NCBI GenBank assembly: GCA_964343835.1
Contig: CAYFKR010000014.1
Coordinates: 32,406 to 96,405, forward strand
DNA: 64,000 nucleotides
Direction: 5' to 3'
From: an uncultured Fibrobacteraceae bacterium
Lineage (GTDB): Bacteria; Krumholzibacteriota; Krumholzibacteriia; LZORAL124-64-63
The notes beneath the pieces were generated by a model. The model saw only the letters and a program-made list of their open reading frames with translations, searched no databases and was not told the origin of the DNA. Positions 61,930 through 64,000 of the stretch are shown here, one piece after another. The translations under genes were made by a program, and so were the position numbers. How positions within the stretch are numbered: position 1 is the stretch's first letter; each line of letters starts with the position of its first letter.

Positions 61930-63110
61930 TGCGCAAGCGGATCATCATCGCCTCGGTCGTGCTGATCGGGATCATCGGGCTGGTGTCGGGCGCCGTGGTG
62001 GCCCAGGGGCTCGTGGATGCGACGCCTCCCGAGGTCCCCGTGGCCGAGGCGCCCGGATCCGGCGGCTGGCTGGTGACCTTCTTCATCGTGCTGATCGTGC
62101 TGCCGTTCGTACCCGGCCTGCTGGAGGTGGCCCTGCCCTGGGACCGCTATCCGCTCCAGGTGGACCTGCAGTACACCAAGGATCCGCGGTACATGGGCCG
62201 GCGCGCCCGGGCGCTGCTGGCCGGGGCCCTGGAAGGACTCGATCTGGTGCCGGGGCGTCACGAGGTGACCCTCTCCAAGCCCGAGACCCTGGACCTGCAC
62301 GATGCCTTCGACATGCCCGACGGCGAGTGTTCCGAACTGCTGACGGTCGTGCGCGGCAACGCATCGCTGGGCGAGGCCGCCCGGCTGGAGAACGACCTGC
62401 ACGTGGACGGCGACGCCGCTGTCGGACGTCGCGCCGTGGTGCGCTCCCTGGCCTGCGGCGGCCGTGCCGAAGTGGGCCCCGACGCCCGCGTGGTGCGCTG
62501 GCTCGACGCCGAGGGCGAGATCGTGGTGCGTCCGGGCGCGCGCCTGGGCGCCACCGTGTCCACCCCCCGCGAACTCCATCTGGGCGACGGCGTGACGTTC
62601 CGCCGCCTCTGGGGCTCCCCGGTGCTGACCGACGGCGGCGGCGAGACCGACCCCGCCCCGCTGCCGGCCTCCACGTCCGTGCCCCACGACCCCACGGGCG
62701 AGATCAACATCGACGAACACGTGACCCGCCACGACGGCGACCTCGAGCTGGACGACCTGGGCTCCGACCCGGTGCGCCCCCTGGTCGTGCGCGGCGACTT
62801 CACCCTGGGCGGCGGGCTCGTGTTCCGCGCCTCGGTCAAGGTCTACGGCTCGGTGCGGCTGCGCCCCGGCGCCGTGGTCGTGGGCGACGTGTTCGCCGAA
62901 CAGGACGTGGTGCTGGAGGACGGCGCCGTCGTCGAGGGCAACGTGTTCACCCAGGGCCGCGCCGAACTGCGCCGCGGCGCCCGGGTCGGCGCTCCCGAGC
63001 GGCGCACGTCGCTGGTGGCCCACAAGGAACTGCTGCTCGGCCCCGGCGTAAGCCTGTACGGCTATACGCTGACCGACGGACGGGGGGAGGTGCGATGCGA
63101 CGGACCGTGA
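61929..63110 (+). CDS. membrane-anchored protein with bactofilin-like beta-helix repeats
   Basis: Two N-terminal TM helices, then repeated GDAAVGRRAVV / GGGLVFRASVKVYGSVRLRPGAVVVGDVFAEQDVVLEDGAVVEGNVF hexapeptide-like turns. Its start overlaps the GT2 stop. Confidence 0.45.
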   Translation: MRKRIIIASVVLIGIIGLVSGAVVAQGLVDATPPEVPVAEAPGSGGWLVTFFIVLIVLPFVPGLLEVALPWDRYPLQVDLQYTKDPRYMGRRARALLAGALEGLDLVPGRHEVTLSKPETLDLHDAFDMPDGECSELLTVVRGNASLGEAARLENDLHVDGDAAVGRRAVVRSLACGGRAEVGPDARVVRWLDAEGEIVVRPGARLGATVSTPRELHLGDGVTFRRLWGSPVLTDGGGETDPAPLPASTSVPHDPTGEINIDEHVTRHDGDLELDDLGSDPVRPLVVRGDFTLGGGLVFRASVKVYGSVRLRPGAVVVGDVFAEQDVVLEDGAVVEGNVFTQGRAELRRGARVGAPERRTSLVAHKELLLGPGVSLYGYTLTDGRGEVRCDGP

Positions 63111-64000
63111 TGATCGTGCTGGTCGCAGCCGCCTGCCTCGCGGTGGCCTGGGCCGGCTGGAAGACCGTGCAGCGGGCCGACCTCACGGTCGACCGCACCG
63201 ACCTGCGCGTGCTGGTGGCCCATGCGCCCGACCTGCTCGGCGAGAACGGCCACGTGCTGGACGCGTGGGTGAGCGTGCTGGAGGAGGAGGGCATGGCGGT
63301 GGAGACCGTCGGCATGTTCGATCTCCAGGACGCCGACCCGAAGCTGGTCGCGGGCTCGGCCCCGGCCCTGATCCTGCCCGACGCCGTCTGCTCCAGCCTG
63401 TACTCGTCGTTCGGACCCTGGCTCGACGCCTACCTGCAGGCCGGCGGCTCGGTCCTGGCCGCCTACGACGCCGGCGTGAAGAGCCGCAAGGGCTCCTACC
63501 TGCCCCGCTCCTGGCTGGCCGGCCTGACCGGCGTGCTGCCGGTGGATTACGCCACCTTCGGCGACGACGCCTACGGCCTCGGCGCGCTCCGCTTCTCCGA
63601 TGCGGAATCCGCCGAACTCCTGGGTGCCCCCCCTGGCAAGCTCGACGACGACCTCTGCCTCACCGGCTACTCCTACGGCCGCCTCGCCTACCCCACCGCC
63701 CGCAGCCGCGTGACCGCCCCCGAGGGCGTACGCGTGCTGGCCTGGGTCGAGCCCGATGAGGGCGGCCGCATCCCGGCAATCACGGCCCGCGCTCACGGCG
63801 CCGGCCTGGCCTGCTACGTGTCGCTGCCCCTGGGCCACCTCAAGGCCCACGCCGACGACCTGCCCCTGCGCATGGTCGTGCGATGGTGGCTCCTCAAGGA
63901 ACTGGGCCTGCCCCACCTCATGCCCACGGCAGGCGGCGTGGGCGGCGTGGTCTTCAACTGGCACATCGACGCCAACACCGACTGGACCGTCCTGGACCGC
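63095..64000 (+). CDS. hypothetical secreted/periplasmic protein, 3'-partial (runs off the window end)
   Basis: ATG at 63095 after GGGGGGAGG, signal-anchor MRRTVMIVLVAAACLAVAWA. Open to the window end with no stop. Overlaps the upstream gene by 16 nt. GVVFNWHIDANTDW faintly resembles the SVDVEDW motif of some polysaccharide deacetylases. Confidence 0.4.
   Translation, partial: MRRTVMIVLVAAACLAVAWAGWKTVQRADLTVDRTDLRVLVAHAPDLLGENGHVLDAWVSVLEEEGMAVETVGMFDLQDADPKLVAGSAPALILPDAVCSSLYSSFGPWLDAYLQAGGSVLAAYDAGVKSRKGSYLPRSWLAGLTGVLPVDYATFGDDAYGLGALRFSDAESAELLGAPPGKLDDDLCLTGYSYGRLAYPTARSRVTAPEGVRVLAWVEPDEGGRIPAITARAHGAGLACYVSLPLGHLKAHADDLPLRMVVRWWLLKELGLPHLMPTAGGVGGVVFNWHIDANTDWTVLDR

Noticed and set aside
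63265-63759. ORF-track CDS 63265..63759 + (164 aa, Arg/Pro-rich)
   Set aside because: It is an out-of-frame overlap of the real open frame starting at 63095, which has an RBS, a signal-anchor and sensible composition.

Overview
This is a 64-kb, very GC-rich (about 70%) bacterial chromosomal window. It is probably from an uncultured lineage that has a type IX secretion system (T9SS), because one large secreted protein ends in the NPFNP FlgD-Ig-like C-terminal sorting domain. Third-codon-position GC is so high that long spurious antisense ORFs are everywhere, so gene calls rest on recognisable motifs, signal peptides, Shine-Dalgarno-like GGAGG sites and translational coupling, not on ORF length. 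I cannot run searches; all family assignments are from memory of conserved motifs.

Content, left to right:
- Two tandem paralogous secreted proteins.
- A secreted C1 cysteine peptidase.
- A BNR/Asp-box beta-propeller protein with a T9SS sorting domain.
- A saccharopine-dehydrogenase-like oxidoreductase, placed divergently from a two-subunit class I Fe-S fumarate hydratase / tartrate dehydratase.
- An orphan Wzz co-polymerase plus Wzx-like flippase pair.
- A tandem-FKBP lipoprotein.
- A membrane H+-pyrophosphatase with a good rho-independent terminator.
- An AT-rich gap, then a complete group-3b-type [NiFe]-hydrogenase operon (hydB-hydG-hydD-hydA plus an endopeptidase). It is followed, translationally coupled, by a receiver-only response regulator, a multi-TM histidine kinase and an ACT-domain protein, then a lipocalin, a DUF2007-like zinc-ribbon protein and a lipoprotein whose T9SS sorting domain seems clipped after NPFN.
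- Convergent on that block, a full hypA-B-F-C-D-E maturation operon.
- A perfect 34-bp inverted repeat at the outer edge of the hyp block.
- An aminotransferase, a porin, a methyl-accepting chemotaxis protein, a methyltransferase, an SRPBCC protein, an S9 peptidase, a GH99-like lipoprotein, and MOSC and AtuA-family genes.
- A complete, low-GC IS1-family insertion sequence with 28-bp imperfect terminal inverted repeats and a 9-bp target duplication.
- An RDD membrane protein, two secreted hypotheticals and DinB.
- A coupled TIGR00725(SLOG)-AsnB-like amidotransferase-ACP-acyl-AMP ligase operon, followed by a dockerin-bearing secreted protein and a CBM9-like DUF5916 protein.
- A crotonase and an epimerase.
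- A probably frameshifted secreted gene.
- An HcnABC / opine-oxidase-like three-subunit flavoprotein dehydrogenase operon.
- A translationally coupled operon: glutamine-synthetase-family gene, YjbQ, a polytopic membrane protein, a processive GT2 synthase (QxxRW motif), a membrane-anchored bactofilin-like beta-helix protein and an unknown gene that runs off the window end.

The most interesting candidates for undescribed biology are:
- the tightly coupled GT2 synthase operon at the 3' end;
- the SLOG-amidotransferase-ACP-ligase operon;
- the sensor module wired to the hydrogenase;
- the hydrogenase island bounded by an AT-rich gap and a 34-bp palindrome.
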